DNA of 64,000 nt from Balanoglossus misakiensis (Eukaryota > Animalia > Hemichordata), in the NCBI GenBank assembly GCA_040954595.2, contig CM082584.2, positions 10,014,190 to 10,078,189 of the forward strand. Direction: 5' to 3'. The translations under genes were made by a program, and so were the position numbers. The notes under the pieces are model-generated. The model saw only the letters and a list, made by a program, of their open reading frames with translations, was not told the origin of the DNA and did no database searches. Below, piece by piece: positions 50,188 through 64,000 of this stretch (position 1 is its first letter; the number at the start of each line of letters is the position of its first letter).

Positions 50188-53100
50188 GTCTAGCGATCCT
50201 CTCAGATGTAAATCGACCACAGAAATCTCCGCGTCGGGACCAGCTGAGACAAGATACCGCCGGTAACTTGAGGGTGTATGGCTGCATGGACAGTATGCCG
50301 ATGTACATGTACTAACCATGCAGTTTCCGTTTCCACTCTTTGGTCCTTGACTTTGGCAGTTGGCACTTCCGGATCCCGTGGTGAAGCGTGTAATCTTCGA
50401 GCGCTCCTTGGGCGCAGAGCAGTGGCAGCTTTTAGCACCTGCGGCAATTCCCAGTCCTCAACTCGTCCCCGAAGATTTTCGGCCCTTCCCGTCACCTTTT
50501 CGCTCCAGCACATGCGTACACAAATCAAGTACACGCAGCATCAACTTAACGTTCTAATTACTTAGTCGCGCGAAACGCATTTTCTTTAATTTAAACAAGT
50601 CCTGCGAGTATGTAAGGTAATTGCTACCGATAGCACGATCCTATGCGGCTTGGTTGGTCATTTTGTAGAATCTCTCCACATATTCATACACTGTGAAGTT
50701 CATAACGCCAATATGACATGGATTTATTGACCATGTTTGCATTTGTAATATACTGTTTGTATATTATGTTGGCGGTTTTGATATATCCTCCGCGGGGCCA
50801 CGGTTTGCATGATAGTTTATTGCGCTGTATAGAGTTAATTGAGAAAATCTACATCTGGGCATGACATTTGGCTCCTATTTATATGAGAGTGCCGACTGTG
50901 CGTGATATATTGTGGTTGTGATCAACAAAGGGCAAATATGGGGATTCTGAATAATTATCTGACTTATACAAGTCGGAATTATGACACTGCGAACGATGGA
51001 ACATGTCAATAGCGAGCAGAAGAAAAAAATAATTCCCAATATTCCTAATTACGGTATTCTTTAACATATGTAACATTATGCATACAACTCAGCTCAAGAA
51101 GATGCATGCCGTGATATCTTTGATGTTTTTCGTGTATTTAATATCCGGCATCGCGTATATGATCGCTAGGAGGCAACTATACCGTGATCAGTTACTTCGC
51201 TATTTGTAAAACACATCAGCGTTTTTTTGTGTTTCCTGGTAAAGAAAACAGCTTCCGGAGAGCAGCAAATAAAGTAACGCACACAGTAACCCGAAGACTC
51301 TTAAGAGAAATATCATTTACGTTTGACGTCATTGATTGCGGGGCAAAGTTTAGTTCGGCGATAGTTGCTTCCTTTTGAGGCTAGGGACTCTCAGTTGGCT
51401 CGGGGACGCGGTTCAAAACGACATCACAGGCAACGGAACCGTGTACATTTTGCCGAGTAATGGATGTCAGATCTGCCAAGAGCAAGGGATGTACACAGTT
51501 TGGTCACAACATTCGTGATATATTGAAATTCTTTCCCACTTTGAAATTCAAATATAGGTATTTCACACAGCCTACAGGGGGATTGTCTTCGACTGGATGG
51601 TTATTTCTGATAGTCAAAATAATTAACACGAAATCTAGACCGGAATAGTCAAATTCCTGGAGTGGTCATGATGTCATAGATCTTGTCTGTTGGTAGCTAT
51701 GATTCAAATTAGACTACCGAATACTGAGCCACAGTCCAAAAACGTGTATACGGTTTCATGGTATGTTATTCGGTCTCTTACTGGAAAACCGTGTATGATA
51801 TTCGAAGCGGTCTTTATACTAACATATGATTAACAGAATCCCACTCCTTGAGGCCAATTTATTGTACGTGCGCCGCCGTGTCAAATAAATAAACTTACTG
51901 CTGCCGGCGATGGTTAACAGTTCAATACGTTGCATTAAATGTAATCGGTCTCGAAATGAGACACACTGAAAGTTGTGCCGAGTCTTGCATCTGATGTTGC
52001 CGCTCGTTCCATTAAGTATCGCATTCGGAAAGTTGCTTTTGAAAAAAACAAACTGGGATCCCTACAATCGTGCAAAGAAGCCTGACTGTTCCTGGGGACA
52101 CGATTTGGCTATCAGTACTGAACCGACTTAAAGTGCGCAAATGGAGAAGTCACAGTGTATACCATCAGAAGGTTCTCAGAGACTCAAACTGTATATCTGA
52201 TATCACCCTTTGCTCATCAACTCCTTGTGACGTAAATGCTGATCACTGTTGTTGGGTTAAAACTACTACAGGAAGAGGGCCGCGGTTTTCAGTGACCGTG
52301 CACTTTCACACGTTTTCGACAACCAGTTACTTACAAGTGTCATTAGCCACTCTTGGGCTGTGACTGAAACGAGACTGAATCACAACCTGGATGGCAGCAG
52401 AAATTCAAAAGCCATGACGATACCAAACCAGATAGATTCACGAGGAACGGATCGGAGAGAGACACTGCTCGTATAGACAAGAGGTCAGGGCACATTGGCA
52501 AAAAGATTGACAGGCACACACTCAGGCAAACAGACAGTGATATCAGGAAGAGACACGGAGTTAAATGCACTTGTTGAGCACAGAAAGGGGACTCCCACAG
52601 AACACAAAGAAAGACCCTGGAGATAATTGGCTGAGAGGGGAACAATTGGAGAGGTTTGGAATATTTCTATCTATTCAACGCATTTCCCGTTTGATGAATC
52701 CGATAATTAAGTTGGGTCTTTAAAGCAGTGACGGACTGTATGGCCACCCGTACATTTAAGTAAAAAAACTCCACAAAGCTGCCATTCTGACGAAATCATT
52801 TCTCTGTGAAATACAACATTTTATTCCCGGCAAATTGCCACACATCTGCAGGGTCTTTCAATTTTCTCTGCAATATATTATATATTGCAAAAATACATCT
52901 GACCGCGAGTCACAGGGATTGAACGCTGTTTTGTAATCACACATAATAGAATGCCTCGAAAAAAAGTCTAATTTGCTCACGACTCTTTCGAAAGCTGGGG
53001 GTTAGCACCAGCGGTATACGCAGAACAATTTTAAGATTAATCGAATGATATTTTGGAGGAATATGTGAAAAACAGCTCAATCTTGAAAACTCTGACAATA

Positions 53101-56100
53101 TTTCACGTTCAACTATGAAGAAAATGATGTTGAAGTATTAAAGACATTCTTGATTAGCACTGAACTTTCTAAAGTCTGTCTTCTCAGTATGTCAGGACAG
53201 CTAACAACTGCCTCCAAGTCCGTGAGCTTGCAAAAATTGTCGCGATGTTGAATGCGAGGAAATTGTTGAACTACAGCGCCTAATGGCTCATGTTTCATTT
53301 ATAGTTTACAAAGGGGCGAATGTTGCATATATTTGATGGGGATTTGACTCTTCCCTTGCGCAGAATGACTTTTGTCTTGCTTCTATAATAAGTCAGTGGC
53401 GGATAATTACAATTGTTTACTTCCAGCTACGACCGAACGAGCTCTCCATAATCGTGGCAAACTGCAAGTCCGACGGCTTTTTCGGTCGCTCTCACACACA
53501 CACAAAAAGAGATTCCAAGGGCTGTTCTCCTTTGACTTGGTCCATGCTCCGTAATAACGTTCTTGTCATACATTTCAATTACCACACTGCGCTCCTTTGA
53601 GGCGAATGAAGCGCCTCATCAAATCAGAAGGAGAGAGAGTGCCACAATCATTATTGGACATAGCGTTTATTTGAAATCAATGTTCGAGTGTTCCATAAAC
53701 GCGGCCAGACACGTCACAAATTTGTCGCCGACATGCAAATATCAAACTTTTATTTACTGAGTCTCTTGCTTGTAGTGTGACAGAGCGCCTTAGTAGCTTA
53801 CTTATAATAATCTTCAAATACGCGGATCTACAGCGCTGCAACCTCGCACTCTTACTGACTTCGAGGTTTGATATTTAGCGTGAATTAGTAATTTTCACGA
53901 CCCCTCAATAAGACTTAAGTCTATATCCCAGCCATAGGCATGTTTTGGGGCTTAAATCCACCAGCCAGTTTGTGTGGAAACTTGTAAGGAGCTGAAGTCA
54001 ACTTCTGATTAAGTGTGTTGCCACAGTGACTGTAACTATAGAACGCTTATACTTTGATTAGGAGCAGTAAACAAGTCTTGGAGAACATTTCATCCAATGA
54101 AAGATTGCAAATGCTCAGTGCACTCTGCATTCTGCCTTAGTTTTGTTACCATGACCTAACAGTCGTGGCATCCGCATATTCGATAACATAATACATCATG
54201 GCACCGCTACATCTTTGGGGAACATTCGCTAAAACCATGAATCGTGACTTGTGTCCATCAGTAAAATGTTACGCTATGAGCTAAGGTCAGGGACTTATAC
54301 AGGTCAGTGCGGAAACTTCAAACGAAACTAACCATGATAAATTAACTAATGAAGCAAATTAATAAGACATATACGATCTCAGGTGCTGCGCAGGTGAGAT
54401 AAATTTATATTTCAAAAGGGAGAGTATGTCTGTGTGTTCGCACCGATTCCCTATTGGAATCGACGCAGACATTCCCCCATTGTCTGTTGCCGAGCCAACT
54501 AACGAAGATAAAGGATTTAATCAGTAAAGAGGTGTGCTTAGGTGAGTGCAGTAATATCCCCATCGCCGCTAATTTAGCAATCTTCACCTATATAGGTTTA
54601 TAGTAGATAACCTCTTGCACAATTTATATCCGACCGAATAACATTCATTGCCGGCGACAATTACTGTAGTACGTGTTGTGTACACCGTGGCTTGAATATA
54701 AACGAGAAAGGGAATGCGGCATTCTGGGAAGACCCGGAATCCATAGTAACGAAAGAAAATTTCCACTATTTGACATGCAGTCAACACCTGTCTATACCTT
54801 GCTGTTTAAATCAGTTTTCCCAGTGGACCGCTAACTTCATTACAAGTTTTTATGTGTACTTTTTCACTAATCCGCCTTTACTGTATTAATTAATCAGAAA
54901 ATATGTATAGATATAAAAATTATCTGATAAAGTGTCCATTTCATAATGAATATCCATGTACCTTGCAGAGTTAATGTGCTGTGTTCCCATGTCAAATTGA
55001 AAAAGCAACGGTTAATCATTTAGAGTGCAGTATATAGTTACATATACACGTGGAAATTGTTTTCATACTGCCAGGGTCACTTCGATTAGACACACAGAGA
55101 CAGTTGTGCCATGGAACGGTATATATTTTGTATGATTCGAAGAAAATGCCTCAGTCATCAACATTCATCATCAAAAACAGCAGTTCACATCGACATTAAC
55201 ATGTAACTAAATTGTCAATGTCATCGAGTTGCCAACGAGCACATAAGCTAAAGCCTAGTTTTATTGTATCGTTACATTTTATTCCTGGACTTTATATATT
55301 TGCGCTTTATATATCCGTTCAAGAAACCAAGTGTCCATGTACCCATTGTGCATTGGGTCGTTAGGTATACTTTCGTGACAGGATTACAGATTTGATCGTT
55401 TTCTGCTTAAAGATTTTAAGTTAGGGGGAGATGATTACCTTCATTAAACCGGAAAGCAAAGTATAGTTTAACCGTAAAACCATGCGGCAGAAACTCCGCA
55501 ATATCGACACCCGGATATTAAGCCAAATTAAGGACCATCTACAATTGCTTTATGGTAACGAATAAAACGATCGGGTAAACAAAATGTTGTGGTGGTATGA
55601 TGTTAAAGTACACATGCATCCCTGCAGAAAAGTTCTGCCATCTCCTTCTCAAGTAAAATGAATGAATGAAAGTAAATGTACGTGAGCAGGCCGATTGGGG
55701 GTGCTCATTTATGAATTACAATCCTATAGATTCAGGAATTTGTGCTTCTCTAACCAACAAGCCGATCCTTGATTTCTTTCCTTTGATTTCGTTGGGGAAT
55801 CACCAAATGCAGGTTATGATGAGAACTTTAGCTGAAGAAGTTGAATCTGCGCCGAGAGGCAGCGGCATTTTTCAGCACCGCAAATACCAACATGTCAACG
55901 CAATCAATATTTTACCCCGCAATAAAAATCTTATGTTGTAATTCAATTCCGCCGGCACTATTTTATGCAGCAGACTAGAGCAAACCCAAACGGGACTAAT
56001 AAAGATTCTTGAGTGGTCATTGAGGGGGAACACGCAGTCATTACAGTTTTTTTGTCGTCGAACGTTGACTCCCGAAATGCTTTCGGGGAGTCTTTCAGAG

Positions 56101-57235
56101 TGCTTTGCTTGTTCAATCCATTCTGCCCCCAGGGGGAGTTAGAGTTCCATCTACATAATGCAAGTCCATCGTACTATGATTGCATGGTGAACAGATCCAG
56201 AATGCAAGTTTGTTTTGTGAAATCATCTGACCGCTTGTATCAGATATCACGATCACAATGTACGAGTAAGCGGGTTATTTTAGCCAGAAATGATAATGGA
56301 CCAATACTACAAACAAAACCCATTGTTTGATTCAGCTGTTCCATTCTCACTGCTTAAATACCTAAATTACATGTACTATAAGCTCTGCTGTAGCATTGTT
56401 GCTGATTGCTGGCTTCAGGAGCAAAAACACGACCCTCTTTTGCAGTAAGGAAGTCGTCATCACAACTTGCGTTGGCTGAAAGTAGATAAGATAAGGACTC
56501 GTTCGACAATAAATACACGTATATGCGTTACTTTGAAATGGACTTATTTGCTTCCATTGTCGGCAGGTCTCCGTGACAGAAAACTACTCAATCAAGTTCT
56601 TTTGCTCTATGATAAAAAACAGCTTGCTCAGCGTGGGGCTCCAAGCACATGGTTTGTCTTGATTGAAATATTGTCTAATAACTTCCGTTCTCCGTTGTCA
56701 AACGCACAGCTCCATAAATGAACAGATGCACCCCGCTTCTGTGGGCGGGTGACTTGTAAATGTGGGCTTCATGTATCGCCATTGAAATTAATATGGCGTA
56801 CACAACTCTTTCTCGGTGTACCTGTCAGACGTAATCCGAATTTATCGCGACGCAAGACTCGCGCAATGACAAATCACAGTCCTTAAATCGTTACGGCTCG
56901 TTGAGATGCCTGGAACACTCGTCATCTATCAATTTTCCGATTCGCAGCGAAACATAATTCATCAAATCCAGCTCCACCACGGGTGGCTGCATTTGATGTC
57001 CGTTGGAAAATGAGCGTGCTTGTAAGTTATTTTTTAATGGACATGTGTGATGCGGGGGTCAGTAAATGCTAAGGTAGAAAGAGAAAGGGGAAAAAAGCAC
57101 TCTGCCACATAAAAAACACATGAACGGAGATATATTTAATGTCAGAGATCACCGAAGATATCGCACATGTAATCATGTTTTTCAATTGCAAAATGAAAAG
57201 CTATTGAATATGAATATGGAATTAGAAGATTATCT

Positions 57236-57309
57236 ATTCATTCATCCATCCATCCACCCATCCATCGATTCATTCATTCTTTCATTCATTCATTCATTCA
57301 TTCATTCAT
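57236..57309. repeat. (CATC)n/(CATT)n microsatellite
   Basis: Direct reading of the sequence. Confidence 0.9.
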
Positions 57310-59105
57310 GTAAGTACATATACGCTGTGTATGTGTATGTATAATATACCATATGGTTCCGATATGTATAGGTTTTTTCACATGTATCAGTTTGCGCAAA
57401 CACAGCAATCCATATGTTCATCCGAAACTCGTACAGCGACATCAAAAGTAATTGCCTTCTGTCCTACATTTTAAAAAATGCACATATTGGTTGTGATGTT
57501 TTGATATGTCAGTGGTAAATCTGAATACTGAATGTTAAAAGTTATGTAAATAGTCTAGTACCGTCTATCTGGCATCTGGTATAAGGCAACTATATGAAGC
57601 ATATCGCTTTAAAATATCGACTGCGTATGAACAGCATGATAAGCCTTTTCATTTCTGGCCGATTTGTATCTCCCTATACGTACAGTGTTGTGATGGAACC
57701 AGTGCACGGCTGTTTCGCAAAAGCATGTGTACATTCATTCTGGTTGTTTTAAGCTATTAAATGCAAAAGACTGAGCTAGCGGAGTTGGCAACAAAAAATA
57801 CGCCAGGGAGACTGTTATAGTTCGCGCGTGTATGGTTTACTCTCAGGGGAAATATGTAATTTGCATAATTTGTTCATGTTTATATTCTGTTTAAGGAACA
57901 TTCCATGTAGTCGATTTTATTGATCTACTTGCGTTTCGTGAAAGTGTTTTAATATGGTTTTATTATTATAATTTAGAATAAAAGAAAGTAGGTAAGTATG
58001 CTTTTTAACAGCTCTGTTTAGTATGTGGAAATTCTGAGAATAACTTAAGTACCTCTTCAGCGAAAAAGACAATGTAAGTGTTGCCGTCTCAGTCCCCTCG
58101 AGTGAAATTGTATAAGCAAGCAATTTGTTTGGAGGTTTTATTGTTGGGGAGAATCAGACAAAAACGTTTTCTCTCGAGAAGTGCAGCTACTAACGAGCCT
58201 GATTGTCTGAAAGATGTAGAAGTAAATCAACAATTGTTAGAAAAAGGTTTGCTTTTGTGTTTGAGTTATGGTCTCTGTGGGTATCAACGCGCAATCTCAT
58301 AAAACTGTCTCTGATGCTGACATTTTATTGGCCGCACTGTAGCAGCCAGGACATTGGTTACGAGCTTTCGGTTATCATGCATCTTGGAACTTTAAAAGCA
58401 TTTTGTTTTGCGTGCTATCGGATGGCGCTTGCCTGTCGTATTGTTTTATTGAATGGGCTATATATTTATTTAGAATTCACAGAGACATTTATTCAGGAAA
58501 TATTCAATATACAAAAATGATGTGTCACGACCACGTGTCAACTGCCCTGAAATATTAGCAAATCGAGTTACTTTTCAAGAGATGACAGAGTACGGCATTA
58601 TAAGTACAAAAGGCTTTGCTAATTGTCTGCCCATCTTTGTGATAGCAAAGAATCACTTGAAATGGCAAGTAATACAACACAATGCACTTTTCTCAAACGT
58701 GAGTGTTTATGTGCACACGTATTGGCACTCATGAAGAAGAAATGATTGTTATCGTGCTTGCTTCGGAACAGTGCGTTCCACCTCATCCATGGATAGCCAC
58801 ATTCAACACGTGAACATGTACCGCCGTTGCTTGGCAACTGCTGGCATACAGGCATGCTAAACACAGTTATAACATTGGCCGATTGGAGGAATATGTAATC
58901 AAGCTTCATCCACGCGTGCTATGTATTTGGCGTTCAGATGGGTTTTGCGACGTACATGCACACCGCGAAATCATTTTTCCCAGTTTCATGAATGGATTGC
59001 TGCGTACATAATTTGTACATTATTGATACTACTAGTATATTATTCTGAAGGATAAACAGTGAATTAGGCTGATTGATTAGGTAAGCTTCTGCAGTTAAAT
59101 CTTTC

Positions 59106-59202
59106 TATGTATGTATGTATGTATGTATGTATGTATGTATGTATGTATGTATGTACCGGTATGTATGTATGTATGTATGTATCTATGTATCTATGTATCT
59201 AT
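59106..59202. repeat. (TATG)n microsatellite
   Basis: Direct reading of the sequence. Confidence 0.95.
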
Positions 59203-62200
59203 GTTTGTGTTTGTTTGCACGTAAATATCGCCTTTTTTCGTTTACTCCATTGGTAACGGTTTCTGGTATGGTGTGTCGTGATCAGGTATTTGATATCGTC
59301 ACCTGGAACACAAGCCGTTCCATCACAAGCAGCTGATGTTTACAATTGACAGGGTGGACAAATAAGGGTAACAAATTCTAAAGGGGAGCGTGAATTTGAT
59401 CAGAAGTTGATATCCACATATTATTTCCGAGGGGATTTTGAAAATCCAGCGCTGTAGATCACGTTAGCATTAAGTATTCTTGTTTTTATTTGACTATGTC
59501 TGTGACCACTGAGGGTGAGAACACCAAGGGCTTTGGGAATAGGAATGAATCCCAAGCTGACAGTTGATGCTTACCCGTGGCGCAGCAGCTTGGATACCGT
59601 AATTCTTATCCCTAGTAGATTTTTGTGGCCACTACAATGCACCCCACTGCTACATTGATAGGCATGTTTAGTAATTCAATACCCCGCCAAATACCTGGCG
59701 TTGTTACGAAAAAGCTGCGTTTATTGCCCACTGAGAACTGATCTTTTTATCGGATATTCGAATAATAATAAAAACCTGTTTATTCTACTAGTTCTGCTAA
59801 AATCAAGAGGGATTACCATTTACATTTTAAGTCTAGAAAATCCGGCCATTTGTAATCTCCAAATGCGCACTGAAAGGGATACACGCAAGCCATGCATCGG
59901 AGCACAAAACAGAATGTCGTCACGCAGAACGCCAGCTGCAGAAGGCGATGTTTTAGTCTCCCGCAGGACTTATACTAGTTGGGTTCTGTACTATGTCCTT
60001 CCCTTGCACTGCCGTGCCCATGTCTAGACAATCACGAGAGGATTTCATGCTCAATAAAACAAGGGTAGCAACTAAGAAAACGGCGACCGTGTAGTAGACA
60101 TGTCAGCGTGTGACACAACAACTTGGCGCAATGGAGGGCCTATGCAGACGGCACACTTATTTCGCGATATGATCCAATATGGCCGCCATATCAGTGATCT
60201 TTTAGTGTAGTTTTTATTTATCTCCAGGCGATCTCTGCCGTGCCTGCATGAAGCATTTTTTTTTTACAAATGTGGCACATTTTGGCGTAACTGATAATTT
60301 CACTTGTAATGTGTATTCTTGAGTACGAACATGTGTCATTCTCTCCTCAAAATTGTACCTAATATGTGGCCGCTTAAAAAGCTTTATATGTCCATACAGC
60401 CATTGCACTGACATGCCTGGAGGGATTTCTTTCAAAGCACACGACTTTGTCCAAGAGTCTCTGCTTGTGTCACCGCTTGCAAAAACCACTTTGCTAGAAT
60501 ATTTTTACGTACGTTTCTTATCAATCAGTTAATCAGTGTCTGGAACCTTCGAGTGTGAGACGTTGGTATACGTTCAATGGTTCCCAGTTTGTCCAGCAGG
60601 GACTACATGCCACTGGCAATCACTTCTCTGCCGCGGAAAATTGTGAATTGAAGTCGCATTCCGTTAAACACGGTGAAAAGAAATTATCTGCTGGACTTTA
60701 CAGCAGGCAAATGTGTTCCACAACATTAACAGAAGAGAATGAATTCGTTTCCTCTTGTCGATAATAAAGCAAACAAAACTGGAAAGTGACTGTGCATTAG
60801 TCTGCCTGAGTGTGTCTATTACCAACCATTTAAAATGCAATTTAGAACTGTGAAATATTCACACACGAACGTTTAAACAGTAGAATTTTTCAGAATTATT
60901 ATTCTCGCATTGATAAAAATGCTTCATCATTCAGAGTGACTGTAAACGTCTTCATGTTGATAAAATGAATTGAATCTATGTTAATGTTTTATCAATACAA
61001 ACATGTTAAGTGGGCCAAATACTTGATGATGTCAAATTCATGATGAAAGGATTTTGTACTGTTATACGCATGTCCCCGATTGTGAAAACATCGTATGAAT
61101 GTCAGAAGAAAACATGTTATGATGAAACAATGCAAAATGTTATTGCTTAGATTGCCATGACAACGAGGTCAGGTAAATACCAAATATAATCAAGGCAGCC
61201 GAAAAGAATCGTGATTTTGGAAAGTGGAATATCCCGGTTGACACTGCAACATGTGATCAAACATTTCAAGAAATTGTGTGCGTTTGCCGGCGGGCTTTCA
61301 TCATCGATTTTCGGTAAACAATATTCAGTACATTCGTGCTGAATCAAAACGCTTTGACGGGACATAAAAGCGCAAAACGGCGGAACATTGCTCTCAACGA
61401 CAACCAGGCACCGCATCGCGTGAATGATCGAACATATCATATGAATCAGCGACATCGATTCAACAATCGTCGTGTTTTACTTTAATCTCAAGTTTCCTTT
61501 GCTGGGAGTCCATCAATACCCATACTTGAATTTAGAGTTCGTTTGATAGCTATAGGTTAACTGTAACTGGAGAGACCATAATGAAAACAGTTCTCCCCCC
61601 CCCCCCCCCAAATTACTCACGACGCATTATTATAATCCGTACCCATTTCCAAGACCTATAGAGTTTCTTTGCCCAGCGTGTCTCTTCATCGTGGATCGTT
61701 TACAACTTCCTATTGTCCGATAACTTTAGAATGTCGTATAGCATTCTTAGACTATCCTCCAGTATCTTTAGAAGTGCCTTACATATAGTGTTCTATGATC
61801 CTATATCGATTATTCTGTTCGTCCGTTATCACGCTGTGTAATCTACTAATCGGAGCTAACGGCTTTAGTATACCCCCAGTGAATTCAAATTTGGGCTATT
61901 TGACCAAAAAGGCAGTCATAGTAAGAGACGGTTACAAAGTAATGGTATTAATTTCCTCAAGATGTTTTTAAATGAGGTGCAGTAGAGCTAGTTCTGCTAG
62001 TTCTGAGTGCGGAAGAGAACGTCACAAATAATGCAGTTATGTTCGTTCAGTCGAATTGATTTGATCCACTGCGTTCCAAAACACAGAAGCAGATGGTGTT
62101 TATTTTGTCTTTTCCTCTCTAGTCACAGATGGCAAATTTGGCGGCAGCTGAGGCGTACACGTCACCCCGAGCGGAAAACACAAAAATTCCAAATTGCATC

Positions 62201-63626
62201 GATTCAACGACAAACAGGAGTGTATGACCACGCGCAAGTAATCACCAGGCAATCTGGCAAACATCGCAGAAAATACATGCGGAAGGCGGTGGCAGTAGTT
62301 GGGTATAAACACACAGAGCGCGACAAACTAGACGTATCCGGAAATGACTGCCCCGAGCGTGCAAAGCAATTTCGTAATAAAATAAAATTAGACACTCGAC
62401 ACATTCAGAATATTTGCAGCATAACATGAACGCTCAATTTACTCAGTGTCCTGTTATTAGATTATGACTTGCTGTTTACGTCTGTCTAGCCAAGTGAAAC
62501 ATAGTGGCCAGAAAAATAATCAAGCATTGGAAGACAATATATATTTTGTAATGGGTTTTGACGTCTGTATACCGAAGATTCAGATTGTTTTTAGTTAACG
62601 ACAGTTACATTTTTATAAGTTAATTTAAGTTCACAAACACACAAGCAACCTTAGGGATTAACTTAATTGAATAGTAACCACTGAAGATCTTTTCTTTGGA
62701 ATGAGCAATACTTTGATCGAATTGTACGGTCTGGAGAGGTTGTAATATAATGCAGATGGTGCTTAAATGCCAAATATTGAAAAAATAGCAAAGGTAGAAT
62801 TAAGTCTGATTTTGATTTGTTTCATTAACATATACAGCATGATTAATCACCAGTTGCTATAGTAATGGTGAGATCTTTGAAATGGACACATCTGTCACTC
62901 TTCCTACAGTACATGTGCCATGGATGCATAACATCATTTAATATTAATATAATTGATTAAATTGACCATTCGTTTTTTTTATCCTGATGTCTATCAACCT
63001 GCGAATTTATCTACTATCTCAAAAGTAATACGGAAAATGAAATCAACTCATGACTATTAACAAAGTGACGTCTCTTATCTTTCGGGCTTCTCAATGCTTG
63101 GTTATAACAGAAGTGTTTCAACGAATCAATCAAGATAAAAGGTTTACTTGCAATTTGATACCAAAACATAAATTTCAAATGTGAAATAAGATATGGATAA
63201 ATATAATAGATTCTTCTTATCGCTTATACTGGTATTCTGGTGATGTGCGTTTTATTCTCGGTGACAACGTTGATATTTTTCCGATCTCTCAAAAATTATC
63301 GAGCAAAAGTGATTAAGTTAGTTTGATTAACATCGAAATAGATATCGATGATATTACAATAACGTCTGAAGCAGTGAAAAACATCGGTGGATTAAACTTT
63401 TTTGTCCAGCCCGGCAGCCTTTATTTCACATGAATAGTTTAAAGAGCATATCTTGCCTTTTTAAATCTTATCAGAAGGTTAAAAAATGTTCAAAAGAAAT
63501 ATACTATTTTCCAAAAGTGACAATATTTTTCGGGTATCGATTTCTATAATATTTGTTTTGTTCTCATAAAATGCTTCAAAATCCACCCCGTCCTGAAAAG
63601 TCCGAGTTCAGATTTGCTGCATTTTG

Positions 63627-63646
63627 GTCACGTGACGTGACGTCAC
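63627..63646. promoter_or_regulatory. Abutting palindromic E-box/CLEAR (GTCACGTGAC) and CRE (GTGACGTCAC) elements
   Basis: Two perfect 10-bp palindromes back-to-back at the start of a CpG-rich stretch running to the end of the window. Confidence 0.45.
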
Positions 63647-64000
63647 AAGAGGAACCGGTCAGGTAGACCAGCTTTAGCGATGCTCACAGGTGTCATACGG
63701 TGTTTTCGTGCTTTTCTGTGTAATACCACAATGGGGAAAGGAGTTGTTTGCCGTGGTTGCAGCAACACATTACCTAGACGGGAGTCACCCGTGTGAGTTC
63801 CACAAAAACGAATGAAAGTCTATGCCACGATCATCAACATCGTACGGTGGATATGAAGCCGGCGCGGCACCGGTGACGGCCGCGGCCGTAACTGTCAATG
63901 CATGACCGTTGAACCATGGTTGAACGATAATCGGCCAGGTTCGAATCACGAGAAGACAATCCCCACCCATACAGGAAAATAGAAGCCTGTCAGCAGGAGA

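Noticed and set aside
62129-62241. FGGS...RFNDKQECMTTR, reminiscent of a Kunitz-domain C-terminus
   Set aside because: The spacing is wrong, key cysteines are missing and there is an in-frame stop; likely coincidence.
63937-63948. GGTTCGAATC B-box-like motif (also GGTTCGAAC at ~46280)
   Set aside because: There is no cloverleaf or properly spaced A-box, so no tRNA or SINE is called.

Overview
Eukaryotic (animal) genomic DNA, AT-rich and intron-containing. The gene families suggest a marine invertebrate, but that is inference. (1) Positions 1-7586 are a homogeneous 87-bp tandem satellite of about 87 copies; each monomer carries two dyad symmetries and variants occur in blocks. (2) Right after the array lies a + strand LDL-receptor-family gene that I could splice by hand into one open frame across 10 exons (7889-12236, about 725 codons). 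It encodes 8 LDLa repeats, EGF-A, EGF-B, a six-bladed YWTD propeller and EGF-C, then stops, with no stalk, transmembrane helix or NPxY tail. It therefore looks like a soluble LDLR/VLDLR-like ectodomain. Two of its LDLa repeats come from a recent tandem exon duplication, and a possible first exon begins at the satellite junction. (3) An intronless class A (rhodopsin-like) GPCR CDS sits at 26866-27918. (4) The remaining roughly 45 kb is non-coding, with microsatellites, short tandem duplications, candidate regulatory motif clusters and isolated splice signals. No prokaryotic-type system, CRISPR array, tRNA or rRNA was seen.
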